The notes beneath the pieces were generated by a model, which had not been told where the DNA came from, made no database searches, and saw only the letters and a list, made by a program, of their open reading frames with translations. Below, one piece after another: positions 24,001-36,448 of a DNA stretch of 64,000 bases. The translations under genes and the position numbers were made by a program. The DNA lies in assembly GCF_963921235.1 (NCBI RefSeq), contig NC_086109.1:35652001-35716000 (forward strand), read 5' to 3'. Positions within the stretch are counted from its first letter, which is position 1. Each line of letters begins with the position of its first letter. This DNA comes from Mobula hypostoma (taxonomy: Eukaryota).

Positions 24001-27000
24001 GGGCAAAACAGTGTAGTGGAATATAAATCATTAGCCTATATATATCATAATTGGGAAAAGACAAATGGACATTCATGTTTAAATTATTTTACTTTATTTT
24101 ACAGTTTTTAATAATTTATTATGGTGCTGAGATCCATGCTAGGTTGCACTGGGACATATCATCACAATTTTAAGGACTATTTAGTTAATTTACTATGTTA
24201 TAAATACTTAAAGATTTTAATGGCTTTTGAAAGTTTCTGATTTAAAGGAAATTCAAAAGCATTTGGCAAAGGCAAGTTGTCAATAGCCATCAAAGTGTTC
24301 TGACACAGGTCGCCAGGATGATGCCTTCTTGTTCACAGTCTATTCCACCTAATGCACTCCACTCAGCTGCCTGAAGTGCATCAGGTTGGAGAGGTCAGTC
24401 TATATCCACTGATTCAGGGCTTGAGGTCAGTAGGCAGTTTAATGGTACAGCAGGGACTAGATGGGCCAAAGGGCCTGCTTCAGTGCTGTATTTTTCTATG
24501 ACTATGACTCTATGATCCTGGGTGACTGAAGCCTATAATTTCCTTTCTAATATCCACTGATGGAAACTGTATTTTCACTTAAAAAAATTCCTTCTACATA
24601 TTCAAGCCAGAGGCAGCTCTGTGTCTGGGACATATGCAAACCATGCAAATTACCTGAGGATGAACACCACTGAAGTATGTCTATCCTTGGAGTGTCAAGG
24701 TTGGTGAAAGTCTTCCAGCATGTGAGTGACATTGCTTCACGCAACTGGGTCCATCAAATTTTCAAATATTTTATTTTAACTTTCCTAGGAAAGGTAAGAC
24801 CAAACTAGGTTATGTGGAAAAAAGCAGCCCATGATAATTCTTAGGATGCAAAAAACAGAAAAAACAAGGGTGTAAAGCCCTTGTTGTCAAACTATGCATT
24901 TTAATTTTTTTTCCTATTGACAATCAGTGATTGAATATTGATAGCGTGAGAGGAACATTGCTGCTCATTGGGAATATAGTTACATATTAAACAATAACCA
25001 GATGTTCTATCCATCTGACAGAACAAACCATTTCAATTAGGCATCATGCTTCAATAACAATAAATTTTATACTATTAATAGAAGGTGCAAACATAACCAA
25101 GGAGGACATTATATAGGAAATGGTATCAGTAAAAATATCAGATTGTAAGAAGGTAAAGTTAGTGAGAAACTGCTTAAGTGTTTAAATCAAGTTTGGAAAG
25201 GTAGAAAAAAAATATCAACATCCATGCAGAGACAATGACACGAAATTGAATCCCTTCAGGTATGATAATATGACTTTTTTCTTCCTTATATCTGGATATG
25301 AATTGTACATCTTCAGAAAATCAATCATAAAAGCAATAGAACCTCATCCAAGTATTTAGTTAAATACATTTGGAAAAATGCCTAAGAAATGATTTTGTTT
25401 TTACATTTACTGAGTAGATAAGTCATGCTATAGATAGGAATGCACAAATGAATTTATATCCCTTGTTGGTTCTATACGTCAACAAAAAAATGCCCAAAGC
25501 ATAATAATTTTAACTATCTCTTGACTTTTTTAAAAGTGTTTTTATTTGCACAATTTGTTGTCTTTTACACATTGGTCATTTGTTGTGCTTGGGTTTTCAT
25601 TCATTCTATTGTGGTTCTTGGTATTTACTGTGAACGTCCACAAGAAAATGTATCTCAGGGTAGTATATGGCAACATATGTCACTTGATAATATATTTACT
25701 CTGAACTCTGCAAAATCAAACCACTGTTTTTGAAACATAGAAAGATCTGGCATTTATCAAGCATCATGTTGAAGTGTTTGACCATCAAAGATATTTTCTA
25801 CTATTAGCTGCTTTTAATTGTATAGACATGGTGTTTGTACTAGTAAACAACAATATTTTGCAAGTAGAAACTGAAGGATGAAGATACAAGGGTGGAACTA
25901 ACAATGCATCTTGAATTTTTATTAAAGAGTATATCACACTGAGCCTTAAAGAGGAGATTAGCTCTGTGCATGTGTTCTGTGTACACTACCATGCTGGTAA
26001 ATTTTCAAGAGCACACATTGGCACAGGTGCTTGAAATGATCCTGTTCAATGCGCAAAATGAGTAGTCTTTTCAGCTGGCCGTGAAGGTGCCTATTAAATG
26101 TCGCCACTGGAACCAAGTTGTACTGCACTCTGTTGAAAGAGATTATAATTCAGTTTATGAGAAATGCGCAAGGAGTACAGATAGGTAATGTGACTTCCAA
26201 GTCATGTTCTTGAATGTACTTGGCTTTAAAATATAAATTACTTTGAACCAAAGCAAAAGTGAAAGCTTAATTTATGGAAGACCCTAAGTATATCACAAGG
26301 CCCACTGGAGTTGCCTATTTTTTGCAATAAGTGGACAGCAGATGGAATTATTAAATTTAAGGAATAAAGCCTTAAAGGATTTGCAACATCAGTCCTTCTA
26401 CAGTGGTCAGCTGTGTCATATTTTGAAAGGTTTCATAAGTAATGGCACACTGAATATTGCAAATCTTTCTGTTCGTCCCTTTTGTCACAAGATAAGATGG
26501 TTATCTTTCTGCTGTTAGTGAAAAATCATATCTGGACTATAGTGTCTCAGCAGATCTGCACAAACAATAGCCAAAGCTTCACTGTACCTAAAAGAATTTA
26601 CTTGTTTGATAAGATCACCCTTTTCACCAATATGAAAAGTTCAAAAGCAATCACTCTCAATTTGGAGCAATTTATACTTCAGTTGCATTTGTAACACTTT
26701 AAAAATATCTCCACAGCAATGAAAAGACAGTTGAAAAGAGACAAAAATAATGTAACAAAGTGCAAAAGAAATTCATGGAAAACATGTCATAACTGCTCCC
26801 CTCTGATGAGATCAGAGATTAATGTACTCCAAACAACCTCAAGTAATGTAAAAACTATGAGAAAGAATGTAGTACTAAGAGCCTTAAAGAGTAGTAACCT
26901 AAATAAAAAGGTCAAGGTTGTATGGATGGTAAAACTGCTGGCATATTCATTTGTAATTAGTGCAAGACAGAGAGATAGATGCTTGACTGGTCAGCTTGGA

Positions 27001-27049
27001 TTGGGAGTGGGCCTTTGACAGCATGTCACACACTTACATGATAGACATG

Positions 27050-29543
27050 CTCTCTAAAATAGATTTTGGGGAGCAATCCTGAACAAACTGTCTACATTCT
27101 TATCTGTAGTGTGGTCCAAATCAATGGATGGGAAACATAGCTTCCCCATCAAGTCTGGAGTCAGGCAGAGTTGTCTTCTCTCTACTGTCTTGTTTATGTA
27201 CTCCATAGAATTCTTTGCCACCATATCCATCAGGAAGAAAGAGAACGTAAGAGGGACAATATCAAGCCATGCAGACACACAAGTCAAAACCTCCCTGTAT
27301 ATGGATGATGTCACTCTCTTCTCCTCGGATCCATTGATCAGTTTGCAGATTGATCAGTCTGAGCTGGCATCAGGGATCAGAATAAACAGCTGGAAAAGCG
27401 AGGTTATTCTCTTTGGCAATTGGCCTGACCATTCCAATGCCCCCTTCGTTTTCATTTCTGACTACCTGAAGGTGCTTGGGATCTGGTTCAGATGTGTAGT
27501 AAGAATTGGCTAGAGCATACTGGGAAGGTCAACTGAAAGTTGGATCTGCAAAAAAGGTGTTTTCTGTCATTAACTGAGAGGAACTTGCAATATGCTGCAC
27601 TTGGTGCAGGTATGATATGATCCCCACTCTGCTGCCCGGGTAATTATCTGGGACATCATTTAGTTCGTCTGGGAGTCCAAGATGGAACAAGTCCGACAGG
27701 TCACGATGCACAAAGTCCCCTGAGAATTGGGGGAAAGATGTACTAAATATTCTCTTCACCCTGATGACCGCATTTGCAATTTGCCTATTGCCACAATAGG
27801 ACTGCAATGGATGCTGTCTCACTGGCTATCTACTCAGTGCTGGATCACCTGAACAATATTAATATTTACCTTAGGCTGCTATTTATTGACTACAGCTCAG
27901 TGTTCAATACAATCATACCCTCACGACCGTGCAGCTAGGCACAGCTCAAATGCCATCTATAAATTTGCAGATGATGCAACTATCGTTGGCAGAATTTCAG
28001 GTGGTGATGAGGTTCTATATAAGGATCTATTCTGGACCCAACGTATTGATGCAATTACAAAGAAGGCACCACAGTGGCTATATCTAATTTGGAGTTTGAG
28101 GAGAATTGGTATGTCACCAAAGATACTCACAAATTTCTACAGATGTACTGTGGAGAGCATTCTAAACATCTGAAATGGGTGGGGGGTGGGGGGGACACTA
28201 CATATGATCTGAATACTGCAGAAAGTTGTAAACTCAACTCCATCATGGGCTCCCACCTCCCCAGCATTGAGGGCATCTTCAAAAGACAATGCTTCAGAAA
28301 GGCACATCCATCACTAAGTACCCTCATCACCCAGGACACGCCCTCTTCTAATTGCTGCCATCAACAAGGAGCTACAGGATCATGAAAACACATGGTCACT
28401 GCTTCAGGAACAGCTTCTTCCCCCCGCCAGCAGAATTCTGAATGAGTACTACATCACTATTTTCCCCCTCTTTTTTGCACTGCTCATTAATTTATTTCTT
28501 ATATATCCTTATTATGGTACATTATAGTTTGGTCACTATGTATTGTAATATACTGCTGCCACAAAACAACAAATTTCACGATATATGCCAGTTATATTAA
28601 ATCTGATTCTTATTCATGTGTGGCTGCATTGGGTGAGGTGTGGACTTAAAGTACGTGAGCACCAAGTGTCACTACATCCTCAGCTTCTATTTGTCCCTGG
28701 TGCATGGAAAACAGGGCTGCTCCAGGAAATGCACGGTGTCAGTGTCTGTTGTATGTTGCCACATTACCTATACATTGCGGAAGAGAATTTCCAAGTAGAC
28801 GCCTTTGACCATAAGTCCGTCTGGCAGTGAGTCAGAGTGGAATGTACTGCAGACACAACAGGACAGAGATGTTATGGATTCTGTGAGCAAAAATTCAAAC
28901 CATTTGGCAAAATGCCTCAACACCATATCTGGCCTATAATCACTAAGATCTTTCTTGGCTGGCAGTGAGAGATGCCCTCCCAGTGAGACCTTTCCTATAC
29001 AGATGACACATCACCTTTTAGGATGGTTGCATTGGGGGGAATGGTCACCCACCTTTTTCTGAAGCTGTGGGTATGGAGGCAGATGCAAGATCCGCGTCTG
29101 GTTCATCCCTAGTATCTATGTAACAAAGGAATTTCTGATATATGTGCTGTTTCCAGAGACAGACACTGAACCAGACATCAAATGCTGCTGGATGGTCATC
29201 AACCTGCTGCTGTTCTTACAGCACAACAAGATACCTGTGCTATTGACCAGCACAGTCTAGGCTGTGGGAATATGTGCTGAGAATTGCACTGAAGCTCCGT
29301 ACAGCCAATGATAAGGCTTTCTGCAGAAAAACCACATCTCTTTCTGCTACTGCACATGGAATGATGGAGTTTCTCTTGAATCAAGAAAGCAGTATCATCT
29401 CAGGGGGCCTCATGAGTGGAAATGGTCCTACGTTTGTGTTTTTTGATCCACATAAATCTAAAAGCCTTTTGCACTGTTTCCTCCTTTCTACAGTATATAA
29501 TTTTAATCATGAATAAAGTCTATTTTTAAAATAATAAAAAAAG
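27050..29543 (+). mobile_element. Tx1/L1-clade LINE fragment with a nested Rex1 (27872-28613)
   Basis: FPIKSGVRQSCLLS...VKTSLYMDDVTLF, LKVLGIWF; AATAAA plus A-rich tail ~29512-29543; nested KFADDATIVG, TNFYRCTVESIL. Confidence 0.8.
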
Positions 29544-29794
29544 ATACTGCCTGAAAGTTCTGGCATCCACACATGCCTCTGTGTCGCAGAGATTTAGAAG
29601 CTGCCATCAGTAATCCCCTGCTCATACACATACATGCCAGTGTTCTGGTAATCAAGACGTATCAGAGAATTAATGAGAACTTCAATACCTTACAAACTGC
29701 TTTTACTGTTAAAAAGATGAGCTACTGCTGGCCAAACTCTTCAATATTAATTTCATATATGTGAAGCTGAACTTCCTGTTTTTCGATGCAACTC

Positions 29795-30085
29795 ATTTAG
29801 TGCCTTTGAGTCGGAAGATTCTCTGTTTGAGTCTGAGTTAAATGTCTTGAACATTAATGTATGATTTGATGTTTTAATGGAATGCTGAGGGAATTCTGCA
29901 CATCAGAGCGGAGCATCTTTTTGAGGACATGTTACAGTGGAACTCTGGTCCCCACAGTGAACTAAGAAGGTATGGCACCAGTTCAAAGAACATAGGAGAG
30001 TTACCCTTGATTCCTTGGCCAATATTTATCTCTTTGTCAGCATTATATAAAGCAAAAAAGTAATGTTTAAAGCAGCTTGCTGCTT
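29795..30085 (+). mobile_element. Ancient DeuSINE (SacSINE1/AmnSINE-like) relic
   Basis: Recalled Deu-domain blocks CTGAGGGA.T.CTGCAC, ATGGCAC...TTCAAAGAA, CCTTGGCCAATATTTATC. Confidence 0.65.
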
Positions 30086-31299
30086 TTCCTTGCAGTCTAT
30101 TCTTCGTGTATTCTGATCAGCTCGTTCCATAATTTGTTACTTGCCTATGCAGTAAGGGCAATATACGGTGGCTAATTAATTTGCCAACTACAAGACTTTA
30201 GGGTATGGAAGGGAGACAAAATATCAAAGGAAACCATGTGGTCACAGAGAAAAACTCCATCAATGCAGCTTGAAAGGTCGGGAGTGAACTCAGTTCACTG
30301 GTGCTATGTTATTCTATTAATACATTCAGCCTCAGCTAATAAGAAGTTACATTAATTAGCAACAGCTTCCCAAAGTGCAGTATATATGTTCCTTTTCCAG
30401 TAAATAATCAAATGGTTCAAGTGGTTCAATTGGTTCAATTTAGTATCAGAGAATGTGTATAGTATACAACCTGAAATTCTTACTCTTTGCAGACATCCAC
30501 GAAACATCCTCATATTTCCAGGCACTGACTAGCTTGATCATTGAAACAATGAGGTCAAAAATTAAACCAGAGGTACAATATTCAAGTGACAAGAAGATTG
30601 AAAGAAATTTTGCCAACATATTCTTATAACCTTTAATATATATTCTATACTAGGTTAGACCTAACTGTATGAAGTAGCTTTGAAGATCAGAGTTATTTTT
30701 CATTTGGGAAGATCTTATGGTCACATTTTGGTGTAAAATAATGGTGTTAATGATTTTCCAGGGTAGGGACACCATCATCAGTTGTAAATGCTCAATATTT
30801 ATTTATCTATCTCTCTACCCATCTACCTAGTTATCTATCTATTTATTTATTTATTGAGATACGGTGTAGAATAGCCCGTCTGGCTCTTTGAGCCATGTCA
30901 CCCTGGAGCTCTGATTTAACCCTGTAGGAATCACAATGTTTGTGTAAATACAAACTTATAGTGTTCCAACTGCAGTCCAATAATCAACTTCATGTTGCGA
31001 AATAATTTACTGCGATCCCCAAACATGGGAAAATCTATCCACGTACCTGAACCTGACCTAAGTTAATCATGGCAGTGATGAATGAACCCACTTATTTGAA
31101 TGGAATTGAATGTCTATGAATAGAAAATCAATTTGGGTTTGTTTTAATACCCTTTATTGTTAAAACAGTGTTCTTTGTGAGGAAACAGTTTTATTCAAAT
31201 TTCAATGATCGTCAACAATATTTGATTGCCTAATTTTTTTTTTCAAATGAATCTGGAGCGTTAAGTACAGATTTGATTTATTTACCCAAACAAGGATCT

Positions 31300-31750
31300 A
31301 CTTGCCAGAGAGAGAGTGTGTGTTGAAGATTCACTAGGGTATTTCCAGGAATGGTGAGTTTGCTGTGTGAGGAGAGATTAAGCAGACTGGAATGAGTTTA
31401 GAAGAATTGGTGGGGGGGAGTACATTTCATTAATTCAATATTCTTGCAAACATTGAGAAGCTGGATGCAGAAAGAATGCTTCGCTTGGCTGAAGAGCCAA
31501 GCACAAAGTGTCACATTCTCGGAATGAAGGGTTGGGTGTTTAGGACTATGATAAGGAGATGTGTATTCACTCTCAGGACTGTGAATATTGCTATTGTGGA
31601 GAGCTGTGGAGGATCAGGTGCTGAACTCATTCATTACATAGATCTATACTGTACATTTCTTGATATTAAGAGAATCAAGGGATAAACTTTCATCTTGATC
31701 AATGGAAGGATATGCTCAATGGGTTTGATGGCCCACACTTTCCCCAGTTT
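31300..31750 (+). mobile_element. Very old CR1 3' fragment
   Basis: Decayed RFTR.FPGM...EERLSRL; ORF 31476 similar to the CR1 C-terminus. Confidence 0.6.
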
Positions 31751-31784
31751 AACATTCTTAACTTGCATTGTTTAAGAATTATTC

Positions 31785-32720
31785 AAGTTCAAGATCAAGT
31801 TCAAGTTTATTTGTCTTTCAACCATACACATGTATACAGCCAAACAAAACAGCGTTCCTCTAGGGCCAAGGTGCAAAACACAGTACCAAGAGCCACACAC
31901 AGCACACAGCACATAGTATATAGCACAAATAGTTTTTATAGCAGAGAAAATACAGTTACAAAAAAATAATATAGCCCAACTCTTCGAGTGGGATGGCTTG
32001 AAGATTGGTGGTCCATGGCTTGAAGATTGGTGGTCCATAGCATGTTGTCCTGGAGCCATGTTTCTGTAAGAACAAGTGCTCAGCAGTTTCTCATCTCACA
32101 CTAGTGCAAATGAACACAATCCAGCTTTCCTTCCACTGAGCTAAATTTAGAGAGCAGTATTAATGAGAGGGGCCAGCCCCCAACCCAGCACGGACTCCAG
32201 TGCTCCTGCCGTACCTCTGCTCTCTCTCACACTACCTCTGGCACCTTCTCACCGGGGTGATTGCAATAGGCAATGCTGCAGCATAATGGTCTAGTCCATG
32301 CTACACCTGAGGCCATACAGCTCCTGCGCCATCGGTTTGCCAATTAACTAATAAACTAGACTTGCAGTACTCTATATTACCAACGTCCAATAAGGTCTTG
32401 TAATCATAAAAACATCCAAGACATTCATTGGCACTCTTTGTTGGACAGCACACCATCTCTGACACCTTCTTCCCTAGGTGTCTGTAGCAGGCGGTGAGAA
32501 GGTACGCAACAAGTTCATGCTGAGCTCCACCACTATAAAGCAACTTGCTAGTGGAGTAGACCTGCAGTACCTGGTGTTCTTAATATCCAGCAGTGTCTTG
32601 CAATCATAAGAGAGACATAAAAGATGAACATTTACACCATTAGTTGAACCCAGAGAGGCTGCTGCAACCTGATGCATCACCATCTTACTGGAAACCACAG
32701 TTTCCAGCAAGGTAATTATG
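31785..32720 (-). mobile_element. Non-autonomous retroposon with TTGAAC-repeat tail (related copy at 54450)
   Basis: Tail AAGTTCAAGATCAAGTTCAAGTTTATTTGTC...CAACCATACA shared with 54450-54490; internal duplications. Confidence 0.6.
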
Positions 32721-33562
32721 AACAAAATTAACCTCATTCATTTAACTATGCATCTTGTTGTTTGAATGTTGTGAATTTAGAGAATACAACTATTACAATA
32801 AATGATTGCTAAGAGATGGGCATAACCAATTAATGTTTCTACAGACATTCTGTAACACTTCCAAGTTACAGGAACAATTAAATCCCTGGCTAGTTCTTTC
32901 TGTAGTGAATTATGTGCCTTTCAGCTTGACATATATTTACACTGTAACATACTGGATTGTGAACATAAAACTACATGGGAATTACGACAAGACAGTTTTG
33001 CTCTCATTCTACTCTGGGACCCAGATGCATCTTTTTCACCAATGAGACTCAGGATCTGAGAAGAAAATTTAGAACTGAAGAGGAGAGTTGAATTTTATAT
33101 GCAGTGGTATTAAAATATTTGGTAATTTACCATGTGTATGGATGTCAGCGATATTTAAATCATTTCAAAAGCTTGCTCGTTTTGGCAGATCAGAAAGCAG
33201 AAAAGTAGCAGCCAGCTTCTGGACAATCATGAATTGGATGAGTTTTGATGACAGGTCCAAGATGTGAAACATGAAGTGTTCTTCTTTCCACGGAATCTGC
33301 CTGAATTGCCGAGCATTTCCAATATTTACTGCCTTATATCCAGCATTTTTTTATTTTGCTGGTTTTGTTCTAGTGATAAATTTTAAGTCACAGATTCAGT
33401 ACAACCTACAAACCATACACACTGACTACATTTGAACCATTGGCTGCATATACAAATATAATATAAGTGCAATTGTTCTGTCCTGACTGAATTCAGATCT
33501 GGAGTGGAGCATTTTTGCTGCAAAATCTAAAGAGCTGGTTCCATTTTTCACGTGTGTAGATC

Positions 33563-36448
33563 TAATGTTTCTCTGGGCATGTTGCCTTGGACTAGAAGAC
33601 AGTTTGGCACTGGGCCAAAAGCTTGCCAAGTCGTTGGCAATGATGACTTAATTAGTGATGACAGTGATGACTTAATCAGTGATGACAGAGATCTTAAATA
33701 GGTTTTCTGCGTCTGTATTTACTAAGGAAGCTGGCATGAAATTGATGAAATTGAGGGAATCAAGTAGTGAGACCATGGAAACTGTACAGATTGAAAAGGA
33801 GGAAGTGCTTGCTGTCTTGAGGAAAATTAAAGTGGATAAATCCCCGGGACCTGACAGGGTGTTCCCTCGGACCTTGAAGGAGACTAGTGTTGAAATTGTG
33901 GGGGCCCTGGCAGAAATATTTAAAATGTCGCTGTCTACAGGTGAAGTGCCGGAGGATTGGAGAGTGGCTCATGTTGTTCCGTTGATTAAAAAAGGATCGA
34001 AAAGTAATCCGGGAAATTATAGGCCGGTGAGTTTACCGTCAGTAGTAGGTAAGTTATTGGAGGGAGTACTAAGAGACAGAATCTACTAGCATTTGGATAG
34101 ACAGAGGCTTATTAGGGAAAGTCAACATGGCTTTGTGTGTGGTAGGTCATGTTTGACCAATCTGTTGGAGTTTTTCGAGGAGGTTACCAGGAAAGTGGAT
34201 GAAGGGAAGGCAGTGGATATTGTCTACATGGTCTTCAGTAAGGCCTTTGACAAGGTCCCGCATGGGAGGTTAGTTAGGAAAATTCAGTCGCTAGGTATAC
34301 ATGGAGAGGTGGTAAATTGGATTAGACATTGGCTCGATGGGAGAAGCCAGAGAGTGGTGGTAGAGAATTGTTTCTCTGAGTGGAGGCCTGTGACTAGTCG
34401 TGTGCCACAGGGATCAGTGCTGGGTCCATTGTTATTTGTCATTTATATCAATGATCTGGATGATAATGTGGTAAATTGGATCAGCAAGTTTGCTGATGAT
34501 ACAAAGATTGGAGGTGTAGTAGACAGTGAAGAAGGTTTTCAGAGCCTGCAGAGGGACTTGGACCAGCTGGAACAATGGGCTGAAAAATGGCAGATGGAGT
34601 TTAATACTGACAAGTGTGAGGTATTGCACGTTGGAAGGACAAACCAACGTAGAACATACAGGGTTAATGGTAAGGCACTGAGGAGTGCAGTGGAACAGAG
34701 GGATCTGGGAATACAGATACAACATTCCCTAAAAGTGGCGTCACAGGTAGATAGGGTCGTAAAGAGAGCTTTTGGTACATTGGCCTTTATTAATCGAAGT
34801 ATTGAGTATAGGAGCTGAAATGTTATGATGAGGTTGTATAAGGCATTGGTGAGGCCGCATCTGGAGTATTGTGTTCAGTTTTGGTCACCAAATTACAGGA
34901 AGGATATAAATAAGGTTGAAAGAGTGCAGAGAAGGTTTACAAGGATGTTGCCGGGACTTGAGAAACTCAGTTACAGAGAAAGGTTGAAAAGGTTAGGACT
35001 TTATTCCCTAGAGCGTAGAAGAATGAGGGGAGATTTGATAGAGGTATATAAAATTATGATGGGTATAGATAGAGTGAATGCAAGCAGGCTTTTTCCACTG
35101 AGGCAAGGGGAGAAAAAAACCAGAGGACATGGGTTAAGCGTGAGGGGGGAAAAGTTTAAAGGGAACATTAGGGGGGGCTTCTTCACACAGAGAGTGGTGG
35201 GAGTATGGAATGAGCTGCCGGACGAGGTGGTAAATGTGGGTTCTTTTTTAACATTTAAGAATAAATTGGACAGATACATGGATGGGAGGTGTATGGAGGG
35301 ATATGGTCCGTGTGCAGGTCAGGGGACTAGGCAGAAAATGGTTCGGCACAGCCAAGAAGTGCCAAAGGGCCTGTTTCTGTGCTGTAGTTTCTATGGTTCT
35401 ATGGTTCTATGACGAAAACATACAGAAATTCACACGCGAATGAAAGACGGTGGCAGAAAAAGTGATGGGCTGAAGGAAGACTGACAGAAGAGGTGCAAAA
35501 CAGGCTATTGCAGTTTAAAACTTACCTTGTTTTGCTTCACTGTGAAAAGCAGTTCATCTTCAATGATTGGCAAGAGCAGTGAAAATAAATTTGTGTGATT
35601 TATTGCAGGCTTGTAACTTCCCAAATTATCCATAATTAATCAGACAGCAGTTATATCCTTAAAATGGCCTATGTTCCCTCTGCGGTATGCACATGTGCAT
35701 TGCACATATCGTTTAGCTCTAGCACACAAAAGGTTGTCACACTCTACCTCCTTGGCATGTTATGTACATTTTATATTCATATAAAATCACATTTCTTTTT
35801 TCGTTTTCTAATATGGCCAGTGTTGACAACATGGAGTTTGCGATGAATTGTCTGCAGATTTTAGAATTCGCTTATTTATACAGTTTTTATTGAAGAAATT
35901 ATTGATGCACTATGTCAAATTCGAAAGAAGCAGAGAGCATGGAGCACAAAAGAATTGCTAGTTCATTTAAAGTGGAATGGCTTAATGAAACTGCTGTACC
36001 AAAAGCTCATGAGGTCAGGAACGTGCAGCTATGAGAAATATTTATGTACAATACAGAAACCGGTATTACCTGCATATATTGTCACGATGCAAAAGTTGCT
36101 GAAGAATTTGCAAGTGGGAAGAAGTGGACTGATATTTCGAAACTTGACCTTTTAAAGCGTTATTCAGCAAGGAAATCACATATGGATGGTGTGCAAAAGC
36201 TCCGGTGAGAAAATCCTTCATCACTCGCTACAGGCTTGCTACGTATGTTTTGTGAGATTGCAGATGAGCAAGAGTGAAAATGATCAAACCCAGAGATCGA
36301 AGTTCTTAATGACAGGGTTTTGCTAACTGTTAAAATAAATACATCTATATATAAAATTCAATGTGTACATGTTGTTGTCACTGGGCAAAAACTTGCACAG
36401 CACGAGATTTTTACGCACACTGGTCTTTACAAATTAGAGGGAGCAATG
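33563..36448 (+). mobile_element. hAT (Tip100-like) transposon relic, internally deleted, with nested CR1
   Basis: 35912-36210 translates FKVEWLNE...TCIYCHDAKVAEEFASGKKW...LKRYSARKSH (TTF-type zinc finger, with stops); right end TTAGAGGGAGCAATG; weak left TIR TAATGTTTCTCT; no TSD seen. Confidence 0.6.
33685..35411 (+). mobile_element. Relatively young CR1 LINE, 5'-truncated
   Basis: Single frame 33679-35412 broken by two stops (34087, 34816); FADD at ~34489-34500; TTCTATGG-repeat tail. Confidence 0.96.
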
